Shown here: positions 10,209-22,802 of the stretch, piece by piece
Layout of the letters: each line of letters opens with the position of its first letter
How positions within the stretch are numbered: position 1 is the stretch's first letter
Assembly: GCF_021869535.1 (NCBI RefSeq)
Contig: NW_026262679.1
Location: 89,528,001-89,592,000 of the forward strand
From: Mytilus californianus
Taxonomy: Eukaryota
Direction: 5' to 3'
DNA: 64,000 nt
The notes under the pieces: generated by a model
The model's input: the letters and a program-made list of their open reading frames with translations, nothing else
Database searches by the model: none
What the model was told of the DNA's origin: nothing
Made by a program: the position numbers and the translations under genes

Positions 10209-11204
10209 GTTAATTTGGGAATATGTTGTGATGTAGATCTCATTTAATGTAATGTATAGTCTTTGTAAATAAATATGTGAAAAACGTTTCTTGGGTCTTC
10301 ACTTCTTGCATGATTAAATATTTTGTTATCTTGCTAAATAATGTCGACTTCATCTTAGACTTCATGTAATAGGAAACACCACAAACCAAGTGCAGCTAGA
10401 ATATAGAAAGATCTGTTACTGTAGCATTTGTCAATTATTTCAACGTACGTACTGAAGCGCAAGACAAACCATACACTATTAGCACACAGTTACCGTTTGT
10501 TGCAAAGTATTAATGATGGTACTAAAATGAAGCAATGTAATAACTCGACTGCGGAGCGTGTCAAGGTTCGTTACTCAGTGTAGAATAAAGTCTATGGAGT
10601 TATTAGTGCAAAAAAATGTGGAATAAAGTCTATGGAGTTATTAGTGCAAAAAAAATCCGTTTTGACGGGGAAGAGCCAGCATACAATATGCTGATAGTAT
10701 TCACAATTCTCTTCAGCCTCATAAGTTTATGGGGAAAAACAGACAAAATTGTCATTGCAAAATACTTAAATTCCAAGTTGAGTGAGATTAGGTGGGTCGA
10801 CGAGTCAAATTTATTGACAAAATACCATGTGTAATGTTTAAATTCTGTGCATAACTATTTTGACAAGCAAACACATGTACAAATAGAATTTAAAAATCTT
10901 ATTCTTATAATTTGGAAGGATGAGATAGTGTGGTCACTTCAGTCTATAGAGTCATTAGTAATGTCTCTGTCAGGTCAAAGTATGTCATAATTGACATATA
11001 TACTTGACCGGAAATGCATAGAAAAGACATAACTGATACTGTCAAAAGCCTCCTTATAGGCGTTATTTCCTTTATAGTTCATTTTTAACATTTTTGTAAC
11101 CAAAGATTTCAGTCCCTCCCCGTAATCGACTCTCCCACTCTCGACTCGTCAATGTAGCCATCGTAGAGCAGGGGAATATAACGACTGAATTATTCAGGTT
11201 ACTT

Positions 11205-12010
11205 TTTTGGCAATTATCTTGAAAATCTTTAGAAAGAAAGAAACTTTAAACAGTAAAGTAATCAGCAAATCCGTCAAATAATCGAGATTGTCGATCAGCT
11301 ACCTAAAGGAGTGATTAACCTGGTATTACAAGTTTTGCCATAATAGAAAGAAACTGGTTAACAGCAAAAATGGTCAGCAAGATAAATCCACAAATATTTC
11401 AATAGACCGAAATTGTAAATCGACTCCTTATAGGAGTTTAGCCCACATCCATTTCTTGCGGGGGGTTTTGGCAAATATCTTGAAAACTTACTAGATAAGA
11501 GAAACTGTACACAGTAAAAATGATCAGCAAACCTTATCTACAAATAAGTTAACATAACCGAATTGTCAATCGACTCCTTAAAGAATCATTGACCTGAATT
11601 ACAAGTTTTGCTATTTTGGCGTTGTCTCTCTTCAAAACCGCGATAGACAGAAAGAAACTGTACATAGCAAAAATGATCAACAAGCTAAGATCTACAAAAA
11701 GGCACTCAAATCCTTAAGCGAGTTATTGCCCTTGCATTACAAGTTTTGCAAGTATTGTTTTCTGTTTGCGGTTATGGCTGTTTTCTTAAAAACTATAATA
11801 GATACAAAGATTCTGCAACGAGCTAAAAAGTGTAACGAGCATAAATGTTTACCATGGTCATTTTCCTTAAATAACGACTTTTTTACAAATATTTTGGGTT
11901 TCTTCGGCAGTTATCTTGAAAACTTTAATGCACAGAGAATTTTGAAACCGTAAGCAGCAAAAACAATCAGAAAGATAAAATTACAAAAATTAAATCAACA
12001 TGACACAAAT
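11205..12010 (+). repeat. Degenerate tandem repeats of HINE/satellite type
   Basis: Recurring blocks aaaatgatcagcaa, gactccttataaggagttattgccct and acaagttttg, the same motifs as in the elements at 32959-33465 and 57812-58509. Confidence 0.55.
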
Positions 12011-12728
12011 AGTAATTTGACTCCTATATTTCTATATATATTCCTTTATATTTTCAAGTATGATAGATAGAGAGAAAAAAACAGCAAAAATAACCAGCCT
12101 TCCATAAATTATAATTGATAAGTTGGTTTAGATTGTCAATGTAGTTTCAGAAAAAAATAATGAAATTGTGAATTCATGGGTAACGCTAGCGTTAAGTTAA
12201 ACAACCAGCCCCATTTGTAAATTCTAATGCTCTAAGTTTTTGAACATTGTAAGTAGTAGCTCTCGGTCAATACTACTACAAGTGGATTGTTAGTATCCGT
12301 GGGTATCACCAGCTGACATTCGGTGATGAGATGATTTATAACGTAATTTTATAACATTCTAAAATTGATATATTTAAGAAATTATAAAGAAACTTAGATT
12401 TAATCTCCCACAGGCAAAGCTGACAATAGATAAATGTGGCTATTATTTTGTTTGTCAATTTTAATTATATAACTCCCAACGTGTTTAGTAATGCTACGGG
12501 TTTTTTTTAATTGCGACGTCACAAAAGATATTGACATATCAAACCAACTTGAAAATGTACATTCGATGAAATGAGCAATCATCACTGGTCTTGCTTTGGA
12601 GGCTACTGATATTCTAAAGTAACCATGGTTTATAAAATCAATTTGATATTGAAAAAGAAAAATGGCATGACCTTCATCAAATTCCTCAAAATGACAGAAA
12701 GTAAAATGTACCGAATTTGCTGTGTTAA

Positions 12729-13014
12729 TATAAATAAGAAGATGTGGTATGAGTGCCAATGAGACAACTCCAAGTCCAAGTCACAATGTGTAAAAAGTTA
12801 ACAATTATAGGTCAAATTACGGCCTTCAACACGGAGCCTTGGATCAGACCGAACAGCAAGCTATAAAGGGCCCCAAAATGACTAGTGTAAAACAATTCAA
12901 ACAGGAAAACCAACGGTCTAATCTATATAAAAAAAGAGAAACGAGAAACACTTATGAACCACATCAACAAACGACAACCACTGAACAACAGGTTCCTGAC
13001 TTAGGACAGGTGCA
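12729..13014 (-). mobile_element. Abundant mussel SINE-like repeat (3' part)
   Basis: Reverse complement of 21040-21326 (tgcacctgtcctaagtcaggaa ... gagttgtctcattggcactcataccacatcttctt). Confidence 0.8.
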
Positions 13015-13393
13015 AGTGCGCATTTCTGTGTTATTTTAATGAGGAACGAATCAGGAATGGCAAAAAAACAGTTAAAAGCCCGAGACAGCTTTGTTTTAGG
13101 GATTCCCCACCCCACCCCCCAAAAAATATCTGTTGAAATAAAAAAATACATATGGTGTGACTAACGCAGTGCGCAACACGTGCTACTTGAGTAACATTCA
13201 TTTTTTACGCTAGAGACACAAATTAAAACATAACAAAAATATAAGGTTTGATAGCATAAAAACTTTGACTGAGGGAGTATAAACCTTAGTTTTTGGCACA
13301 ATAACATAATCAATAAACTGCAACTTGGTATAGAAAAATATCAAAGCAGTTGATTTACACCTTTTATATTTTCTTCAGTCAATTTTGTCAATT

Positions 13394-14039
13394 CTAAAAG
13401 TTGTTGTAATAATGCCCGAGAGTCGAAAGATGGGGTCCACTCTCATCAAGAAGGCTGGCTGCTGGGAAAACCCAACCATCTCCATGTGTTCTGCTGACGA
13501 ACCAAGAGTAACGGTAGACATATGAAGCAGATTCAAGTCTAGGTAAAATAGCCTTCATGTAATTTAGTTGGTCGTTGACAGAGTTTTTTTGTGGACATGC
13601 AAATTCGGTAAGCCATATTTGTTTGTGGAATCTATCCCATAATTTTTTTAAGAAATTCATTGTAATGTCTGCATTACACCAATAGGCATGGGTGGCTATG
13701 TAATCAACTTGGCAACCATGACAAGCTGCAAAAAATTGCTCTAACCATACAACTGGATCTAGGTAACCACCTGGGGCAACGGCAGGGCTAACCAACTTTC
13801 TCCCGTGAGCAATCGATTCCAAAGATTTCCAGTGTCTTGCTGCATCTTGAGGTGACATATTTGCTTGTTGCCGAAAATTTGGTTCATTGAAACCCAGGAC
13901 ATAGTGAGTGTTGTGTTGTAAATGGACTGGTTCGTCAATATTATGCCGCCATGCCCAGACCATTGGCACATATCCTGATTTTACACTTGACGAACAGTGT
14001 TTTGTACTGTGTTGCCAAGGAGACTCGTGCCAATCATAC
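13394..14039 (-). CDS. GH128 endo-beta-1,3-glucanase (Asl1-like, Glyco_hydro_cc), coding exon 3 of 3
   Basis: Acceptor tttttag|G TAT GAT TGG. Contains WYDW, VPMVW, LGFNEPN (acid/base Glu), SPA, DYIATHAY, IWLTEF (nucleophile Glu) and YRYSWF; stop at 13394-13396. Confidence 0.93.
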
Positions 14040-16082
14040 CTAAAAAGATATAAAAATATTTTGCTTAAAACACGTGTTCACAGAAAATTTAATACGGAAA
14101 TGATGTATAAAAATATCATTACACTTTTTTATAAAAAAGCAAGCATTTTGGAGACAGTTCGTGCCATATGAATGTGGGTATACACACCTTTGGTTTTTAA
14201 AAATTGTATAGCGATTCCCACAAAATAGGGGCTAGTTCAATCGGATTTAAATTCAGATCTATCGGAGCTCGCGTGCTCATTATATAAGGATAGAGAAATC
14301 AGAGATCTATCTTCTAATTAGATTGTGGCTAGTTGATAGTCACTCTTTCTGACAATTTAAACAAAATATCCCATTGAAGTTACACGACAAGATTACTTTG
14401 GAAAATCTCAATGTGGAGAACGTTTGTGAGATACAGATGATGCCATTGTATCTCTTTTTTTAAATTTTCATTATTATCATAAATAGAAGGTCAACTATAT
14501 GTAGTAAGTAAGATATTTCTTATAATTAAAAAATATGTATGAATGAAAAATGATATTTAAAAAAGGGCGATATCTCCTGCAAAATATTTTCTACCAAACG
14601 ACCAAAGATCTGACCAAATATAAGTGGTATAAGGAGAAAAACCTTAGAGTTACTTTCATGAAAAATCATTATCTGAATAAATGTAATGTCAATAAATCAG
14701 CCAAAATTAAAAACATTAAAATGACAGGCTAATATGTTTACAGCACTCCATGACCAAACATTGACTTAAATTAGGACGTGAGTTGTTGAATTTAACGGGG
14801 TCTTCCGTCTACTGTGAAAGGTACTGTAGTCACATGTGTTCTTTAACTGGACTCATTGGCAATCAAACAGCATCTCCGTTTTTTGTTTTGTTTTTATAAA
14901 CATAGAAATATCTAAGAAGAGCTTAAGCGCCAAAATATACGAACATACCAGTGTCATTACATTCCCTTAACTAAGACACATTGGGGCAACAGTATGACTT
15001 GAAAGCACCTTCTTTTAACAATTAAAAAATAATAAAAGCAATATCCAACTTTTTTCTGCACTTGATGCACTCGGACAATGATTTCAAAGGTAGATATCCG
15101 TTTGCGCCAAAAATGCACTCTTTTGCCCTAGGATTCCATTGATACGTTTGCGCCACTAGTTTTCAAAATATTATATTCCGTTGCACCAAAATTATGTATA
15201 CGATTGTCCCTATTCTTGTACATAATCTTATTTCTATTTTTTTAATGACTCGCTATCCCCATTTTTTTTTAATCCTGGCTTAGTATAATCAGTTTACACT
15301 AAAGTAAAGGTCATTTAATAGCAGATTTTAAAAAGATGCAGATGTACTTTAATCAAGATGTTGTTTCCTTTTATCCATTATTTTCAACGAAGTGGGACTT
15401 AAATTAGAGTAGCAGGACAATGCATATATGAATAACACATACTAGTAGTTGATAGGAAGAAAAACCAGAGTGTTACCCTAAAAGGAAAATGGTCAACCGA
15501 GGGTGATATGTTTTTCTCGGGGTAACAATCTGCTTTATCGCCCTTTCACCGATGTTGATTTATTATTTATTTATTTATTTAATTTTTTATTGGTTAATGC
15601 AAGAGGGTGACATTTTAAAAAGTGTTACTGCCATTGGGTTAAATTCGTATTAACCAACAATTAAAAAACTGTTTAACATAAAGTATAAGTATTGTTCATT
15701 TCAAGTGAAACAATGTATTCCAAAATAATTTAAAAACCAGTGGAATATTCTAGAAAATCAGGCAAAACTATTATTGTTTTCCAATACCCAATATATTTTA
15801 ATCCCTTAACTTTTTGATATTGCAAATTATATTCAATCTGGTGCTTTTCTCAATAATTTATTTTCTTATATTTTTCTTATATTGGGTGGGGTCTTACATA
15901 CAAACTACAGTAACTGTAAGTGTAGAATTTCCCTTAGATTTATTGGAGATCCACCTTGGCATTTGCATCTTAACAGTTGTCATTTTAATACTGCTCGAGA
16001 CATTAGAATAACAATTAAGATATTTTAAACATAATATAGAAAAAAATATCGGAACTTTTCTCAAACACTAAAAGTCACTTAC

Positions 16083-16215
16083 CACCAGTGGATATTAGTA
16101 AGGGCATCTTCATCTCCACAATGGTAACTGTGTCCGCCATTTATGGCAACTCCCTTTTTGGTGGAAGCTTCACAAAGACTCAAAATTACCAGCAAGCAAA
16201 AGGTGTAAAGTATTC
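16083..16215 (-). CDS. GH128 glucanase, coding exon 2 (signal peptide and KKG motif)
   Basis: cttttaatag|GA ... CAC TGG TG|gtaagt encodes ILYTFCLLVILSLCEASTKKGVAINGGHSYHCGDEDALTNIHW. The phase-2 junction completes WWYDW with exon 3. Confidence 0.9.
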
Positions 16216-16825
16216 CTATTAAAAGGTAAAATGTTGGGCATTTATTGGAAAAGAGCTAAACAACGTAACACTAGTATTATCGAGGATCGACATCGTATTT
16301 ACCCACCTTCCCTTCTAAAACATGTTCAGAAACAGATCTAGAAAATCAAGGATCATAACTCTTAAACGTGAATGTGAGGCGGCAAAAAAAAAAAGGATTT
16401 TGTGAAGTATTTAAATAATCATTCAAAATTCTGAAGAAAAAAAATAATCGGGTAATCAGGAACAATGCTTCTTATAGTAAATCAAACGACAGAGGCAAAC
16501 TACGAAACATGAGGACTCTACGACTGTAGGAATTACGACTAAAACATTCTTTCAAGAACTCTTTCAGAGTCCCATAAGTGGCCCTTTCCAAGTTAAATGT
16601 TTCGTCCTGATTATAATTGAAATATTTGATTTGAGAAAGGGACAATCAATTAATTCCTTTTAATTCACTTACGTGTATTGGAAGACGTGTTTTCAAGAAA
16701 CCAAAGAAACTATAATTATGAATAAACAAATCATAATTGTATTTGTTGTGATATTTTATAATTTTTGTTTTTTGTTTTTTTTTACCTTGCAGTGTATTGA
16801 TTATTTGAAGTAAATGTACACTCAC

Positions 16826-16829
16826 CCAT
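16826..16829 (-). CDS. GH128 glucanase, coding part of exon 1 (ATG G)
   Basis: Minus strand aaacATGG|gtgagt, a strong donor whose phase 1 matches exon 2. Total CDS is 783 nt = 260 aa plus stop. Confidence 0.7.
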
Positions 16830-16904
16830 GTTTTGGTATTACAAATCCTGTCGTAAGAAGACACTGATCTTGTACCTTACTATTGTACTTAACTCTGCTT
16901 TTCA

Positions 16905-16911
16905 TTTTATA
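16905..16911 (-). promoter_or_regulatory. Candidate TATA box of the GH128 gene
   Basis: TATAAAA on the minus strand ~80 nt upstream of the ATG; weak evidence in AT-rich DNA. Confidence 0.3.
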
Positions 16912-18065
16912 TGGACTGGCTGTCTTTATCTCTTAAAGATAACCTAGGAGTTAATTTCAAGGATGCCAAGTTTTACTATATGTTTCGATTATGACACCGA
17001 TCCCAAATGAATTGACCTGGAAGACCTGGTCCAGTTCATTTAAGGCATAGTCTATGTAATTGGGTGATACTTCGGATTTTGATGAAATTATGTATGCATT
17101 TAAATCTCGTTAACCCTGTGTATCATATCCACTGGATATAGGTACACTTGGCCTGGTTCTCTGTTCATTGTCTAAGAAAAACAACATTACAGTACAAATA
17201 CCAGCGTATAGCTACCTGGGTACCTATATGTTGGTATATGAACAGTAATGTAGTTATTGTTTAAACTGCATCTGAATGTCGAAAAAAATATTCCTATAGC
17301 GTTTATACTTTGCAATGATACAGTCAATTGAAAATGTGATAAAGCTCTATAAATGTATAGAATGTATGTAAAAAACATCGAAAAATGTGCATTTTTTTCA
17401 ATTTAAATTGGAATTCTTCGTAATTTATATGTTATTGCTGTTAACATTATCGTTTTGACAATAAGAAAATATAAGGGGGTCACCGGATTCGTTTTTGCTG
17501 TATATACGTATTGTATGAAAAACATGAAAAAATACAATTGTCTATAATGTGGTTTTGATCCTATTTTCACGGTACATATCGAGGCTTATGGATTCTGCTG
17601 ACTTAGAACGTTTTAATAGCTTTAGTTTTGTATTAAAAAAACACCCTATTTGACCTGACCTGGCATTAACATTGAAAGGTCGTTGGACTTTTTATCTGCA
17701 CTCAGTTAACGCCAGTTATTACCTGTTCAGGTAATACAAATCTGGATAATTTCACGCAAGAATTCAAAGGCTAAATTATAGTATAGGTTTTAGAGATTTG
17801 TCATTCGAGGTTCGCCTTTCCGACAGTACAGTATCGTTTCCCACCCACCCACCCATTACTCCAGAAGAAAGTTCATGTTATGTAGTAAATAGTATATGAT
17901 GAAAAGATTTTGTTGTTAAATTTATAGAATACTTCTTCTATTGTAGATGGTGTTTAAAATTACAACATACGGATTTAACCAATAGACATATGTCTATACA
18001 ATATTTCGACTCTTTTAATTCTGAAAAGAGTCTTATAAAATTGTGAGTAAATCTGTCACAGAATA

Positions 18066-18221
18066 TTTTTCATGTCGGGGCCTTTTATAGCCGACTATAT
18101 GGTATGGGTTTTTCTCATTGTCGAAGGCCGTACGGTTGCCTATAATTGCTTACATCCACTTCATTTTAACTTTGGTGGATAGTTGTCTCATTGGCAATCA
18201 TACCACATCTTATTTTTTATA
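18066..18221 (+). mobile_element. SINE-like repeat 3' fragment
   Basis: ggggccttttatagccgact ... gatagttgtctcattggcaatcataccacatctt, related to 20980-21326. Confidence 0.7.
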
Positions 18222-19896
18222 TCAAATATCTGCCATTAACACCAATATTGCTAAGGAATGGAAAACATTTAAGATATAACTATTCGGAAATAAATAAAAG
18301 ATCGTTGTAATCGTTCGGAATTTTCAATTTGATGATATCCAACATTTTTTCATTGATTTTTTAACTAACATCAGTTCATATGATTATATAAGATTTTAGA
18401 CGATAGGTGATCTTATTGGCGAGGTAATAAATGGGGGTATGAATGTTGGAAAATAAAGTCTAAGAGGCTCCCCTAGAATCATAAATTAAAAAAAATTCGT
18501 GCATAAGAAAAATAAAGAAATTAAATTTTGACTCGCTACGCTCTGTGGATTTATTATGGTCGCGCCTCCTTCACCTGAAATCCTGGATCTACACTTGCTA
18601 TCCATATGCGTTGGAGAATAGTTTTATATATACCTTGCCTATAGATTATACATATTTTCTCTCTAACATATGAGATGTTGGGGGTGATTTTGTATACATC
18701 AAAACTAAGTATTGTGTATAGTATTGAGTTAATTATGCCTGTGATTTGTGGTCTGTAGAATTCCCCATTCTTTAAATCACTTTACAACACGTATAGCTGT
18801 GTTGGCTTAGAGAATACTACTTACCAGAATGGTACTAGTTAACCACAAATATTATAATATCTCAGGCCAAGCCATAGTCAAATCTAACTGAGGTAGAACT
18901 ACAGCAATTAAGGATAATAGACAAGCAGCCAAGATGTGCATAATGAAATATAGGTTTCCGAAAGAAAAAAAATCACAAAATAGTAAGAACTGAATTTTTG
19001 TCCCATTGTCTGCTATATTGTGTCTATATAGAAATCTATAGAAAAAGACCAACCAGCAAATGTAATATGTATCGGATAGTCTAAAATAGGCGATACTGAT
19101 GAGAAAAAATATCAAAGTCTTAAAATTTGAACAACGATACTAATACAAGATGGTAATATCCGAAGAGGATGCTATAAAATCGTGTTGACAAATATTTCAA
19201 CTGAACAAATAGCCTTCGTCAGTTGTTTTTTTTTGGTTGTTTTTTTTTTTATCAAATTTCATATTTCCGCAGGAGAACATAATTTATTGATACCATAGGG
19301 TCGTGTCGACAGGTAAGGCATGCAGCTCGCTATTGTCTTTGTGCAATTCTAAATGAAGCATCTATCCCATTGTAGAAATGAACGTAGACGATAACTGGCT
19401 ATATATTTGACCTGTAGACATGTCAAGGAATAGACCAATGTCCTTCGTTAAATGTTGCTAATTGGTTTTTTCGATTCTGACTTTCAATTTATTCATGTTA
19501 CGTGCTAAGATTTTTTGGCAATTCAATTTCAAGTAAAGACCATGTCAATAAGTTTTTTTTATAGCAGTATTCATATTTGCCCCAAAACAAATTTGAAGGG
19601 GAAATTTCTCATAAAGACATACGACAAAGCGGTTCTAGGGGTCGTATTAAACTTGCAGTGAGGTGAGAGTTTGTTTGCTCCGTGTTGAAGACCGCACTTT
19701 GACTTTGAGATAAAGAACAGCAATAAAAGCGTTGTTCATTTGCTTTTTGTGTTTTTTGCTGTGCATATGTTGATTTTGTGTCATGGATGGATCATGGATA
19801 CCACATATCCTTTTTTTATTATTATAAATCATAAACATGTCATTGTAATGGTAAAAATGAAAGTTTCGTGTTGTAAATTCAATATATATTTTATCC

Positions 19897-20170
19897 CTCT
19901 CTGACTGTCGCAGCTTTTGATTCTGTGCGCTGATGATGAAGGACCAACTGTCCACGTATTTATCCATCTCTGATTGTCGCACTTTTGATTCTGAGCGTTA
20001 GAGATAAAGATTCAACGCACTACGTATACATTCTTCTCTGGCTGTCGCAACGTTTTGGCTCGGAGTGTAAGAAGTGAGGATACAGATCTCCACTTAATTA
20101 TCTCTGTTTAGCTGCCCCAGCTTTGGTTCTGAGCGCTGCGCGGTGATGAAGGTATAGCCCTCTACTTATT
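19897..20170. repeat. Diverged ~69-bp tandem repeat, 4 units
   Basis: Recurring ctctgactgtcgca-cttttgattctg-gcg blocks at ~19897, 19966, 20034 and ~20103. Confidence 0.7.
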
Positions 20171-20814
20171 CTGTACATTGTTCATTTCTGTAATCAGTAT
20201 TGTTTTACCTAATTCTTTTATTTTCCACAGTTATTCTTTATATACTTCAGCACCCAATTATTTTCTATTCTTTATTTGTTTTGCTCATTTTTCTCTATTC
20301 ATTATTTTTTTTTTGGCATTCTATTCTGTAAACCGCATCCATACCCTCTACTTATAGCAGCTAAGCTGCGGGCCTTGTAAGAACTAGAAATAAATCATCT
20401 TGCTTAGAACATAATGAAAAGGAATACAAGTAATATGCCAAATGATCAAGATCTTAAAAGGATATCGGCCAGTACTGTTATTGTTTGATTAAATGATGGC
20501 TTAGATGAACTACTTTTCCAGAAAAATATTGCTCATTCCGGCATCTGTATATGTGGACAAATTGAGAGCAGCAAACACTAACCGGTAGAATGTCATAATT
20601 TTAGACTCACAAGGGAACACACCATTTCAACACTAACAAGAAATGTTAATATACAAACATATGCGAACTCCTTAGTGATGAGGAAAACGAAATATGTTTG
20701 AAGTTGTACAAAGTTTTATTTTTGGAAACCTGAGGGGGATTTGGTTTATCATGAAATTTGATCAAATTTTGTGGAACATATACATATCATATTCATAGCT
20801 AAGACATGGAAATA

Positions 20815-21334
20815 CACCTTATCGCTAATCCCGCTTGACCCGAGAATCTGTCCCGCTCGAACTTTTGACGTCATACAACAATCACTTTTCCATTGTGGCG
20901 TCAGACATTTGGTATTATGACGTCAAAATTTGACGGAAACCTGTGTGATGTCCAGTAATGGCGGATAAATAGCGATAAGAAAAAGGGTGAAGGTTTGGTA
21001 CCATTAAAACGTTTAAACCCGCTGCATTTTTTTGCACCTGTCCTAAGTCAGGAATCTGATGTTCAGTAGTTGTCGTTTGTTGATGTGGTTCATAAGTGTT
21101 TCTCGTTTCTCGTTTTTTATATAGATTAGACCGTTGGTTTTCCCGTTTGAATGGTTTTACACTAGTAATTTTTTGGGGCCCTTTATAGCTTGCTGTTCGG
21201 TGTGAGCCAAGGCTCCGTGTTGAAGACCGTACTGTGACCTATAATGGTTTGCTTTTATAAATTTTGACTTGGATGGAGAGTTGTCTCATCGACATTGGCA
21301 CTCATACCACATCTTCTTATATCTATATAAGGTG
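20815..21334. mobile_element. TA-flanked MITE (TIR CACCTTATCGCTA) interrupted by a SINE
   Basis: TA|CACCTTATCGCTA at 20813-20827; the right TIR TAGCGATAAG...GTG|TA is split by the SINE insertion. Confidence 0.7.
20980..21326 (+). mobile_element. 5'-truncated SINE-like repeat (Nin-domain-like core, tentative)
   Basis: agggtgaaggtttggtaccattaaaacgtttaaaccc ... cataccacatcttcttatatctat, flanked by the direct repeat ATAAG (20975-20979 and 21327-21331). Confidence 0.8.
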
Positions 21335-21783
21335 TATGAGTTGATCACATCTTTCGATCAAACTGACTTCTGAGTAACGGGCAAACCACAGAATAAACAT
21401 GTAATGTAAGTTGAAAATTATAGGCGGGTTTCTTTACACTTCCAAAGCCGGGTTATCACATTGTTAAGGGAGACGGATTTTAATAAGTTCTTCTTGTTTC
21501 CGAACCCCTGTATTTCTATTGTATAATTGTAATTCGTGCACTTTTGAAAAAAAATATTGTTTACACTAAATAAGAATGATTTCAGGTTGAACTATTTTAT
21601 TTGTATATTAAGAACGGCCAAGAACGTTGCTGTGCTTTGTTTTTAGAACTTTAAAACGTTCCTTGTGTGTATCAAAAGTTGCTCTCCCAAAAGGAGGAAA
21701 CATAAGTACTACATCCGTTTTCGTCTAAAAATGTCAAATTAGAAAAGTCTAAACTGATAGCAGTATTTTACGTCTTGTTTTCG

Positions 21784-21997
21784 ATGAATGCAATCAAATC
21801 ATTGTTACAGAATGTTGTGAAAGCTACACCGCATTCTTATGAAACTGTTCAAAGTTCACAAGAACTGTCCATTGGCTTAGAAAATAAGGACGACAAACCA
21901 GACGTTGCATCTTCTAATGATACTGGGAAAACAAAATGCTTACCGGTGTTACCAGTTATCGACCAAGAATGTAAACAACTTCAGGAAACCATATTTG
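21784..21997 (+). CDS. CIAO2A: Cytosolic iron-sulfur assembly component 2A (MIP18 family), exon 1 of 5
   Basis: ATG 21784, MNAIKS...KQLQETIF G|gtaaat. The phase-1 junction yields ETIFDLIR, the conserved MIP18 entry motif. Confidence 0.8.
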
Positions 21998-22132
21998 GTA
22001 AATTCTATAACTTGGAGGGCATATGCTAGTTCATGTACTCGTTGACCCGGGCTCCTTTTTAAACTTGTAAAATCTTGGTATCAGTTAGTCCAAATAATTA
22101 CAAATGTATGACGTCTTGAAAGGTAATTTAAG

Positions 22133-22305
22133 AACTCATTCTTCGTTAAGACTGTGATTCATTGGCACCAACTGGAAGAAGATATAGTGTGCGCCAAGTC
22201 AGTTGAGAGCTTCAAAACAGCTCTCCAAGGCCGTCAATAGGTGCTCTCTCGCCCGTCAAGTTAAAGCCAGAATTGGTACCTTCGGAGTAACGATACAGAT
22301 ACAGA
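22133..22305 (+). mobile_element. CR1/L2-group LINE extreme 3' end
   Basis: NSFFVKTVIHWHQLEEDIVCAKSVESFKTAL...* matches the SFFxRTxxxWNxLP...SFK ORF2 tail; short 3' UTR ending in (gataca)n. Confidence 0.75.
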
Positions 22306-22802
22306 AGGCTATTTTATTTTTTTGATTGAAGCCTTTGCAGGAAGGCATCAAAACAAAAAATTTAAAAAGCATTTCAAGACGTCATAATTATTTGGACTAG
22401 CTAGGTTGAAATATTTAAGAAGTTTTAATTTGCTAAAATTAAATTGAAACACAAAAATAACAAAATAAAAAAGAGTTCAATGACATAACTGCATATGCGA
22501 AGAACAGTTAATTTCTTGTTAAACGGTTCATTTAGATAGTTTAAGTTATTTTCGGTGTCAACATATTGTGTTTCGTGAGGAAAAGTCAATCATGACCCGT
22601 CACCATGCAAATATGCTTTTACTATAATTATTTTAACTCTTGAGTAAAATATTTAATTTATTTCATTAATCATTAATCATTTAACAATTATTATCAAATG
22701 ATTATATACATTTTGTACTGGTAAGTCAAATTTCATTTTTAAATCTTCTTAATTTATGACATTATGCGTATGGTCTAAATACTCATATGGTCCGAAACAT
22801 AT

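Larger units (their letters stand above)
6370..10770 (+). repeat. Segmental duplication copy B, enlarged by insertions
   Basis: Homologous to 1150-3810 but interrupted by the retrozyme array, two Penelope-related fragments, a minisatellite and small duplications. Confidence 0.85.

Noticed and set aside
19930-19960. CTGATGA followed by a GGAC/GTCC hairpin as a hammerhead
   Set aside because: The hairpin is not adjacent to the core and there is no GAAA or stem III. TCATCAG at 23085-23091 likewise lacks stem II and stem I pairing.
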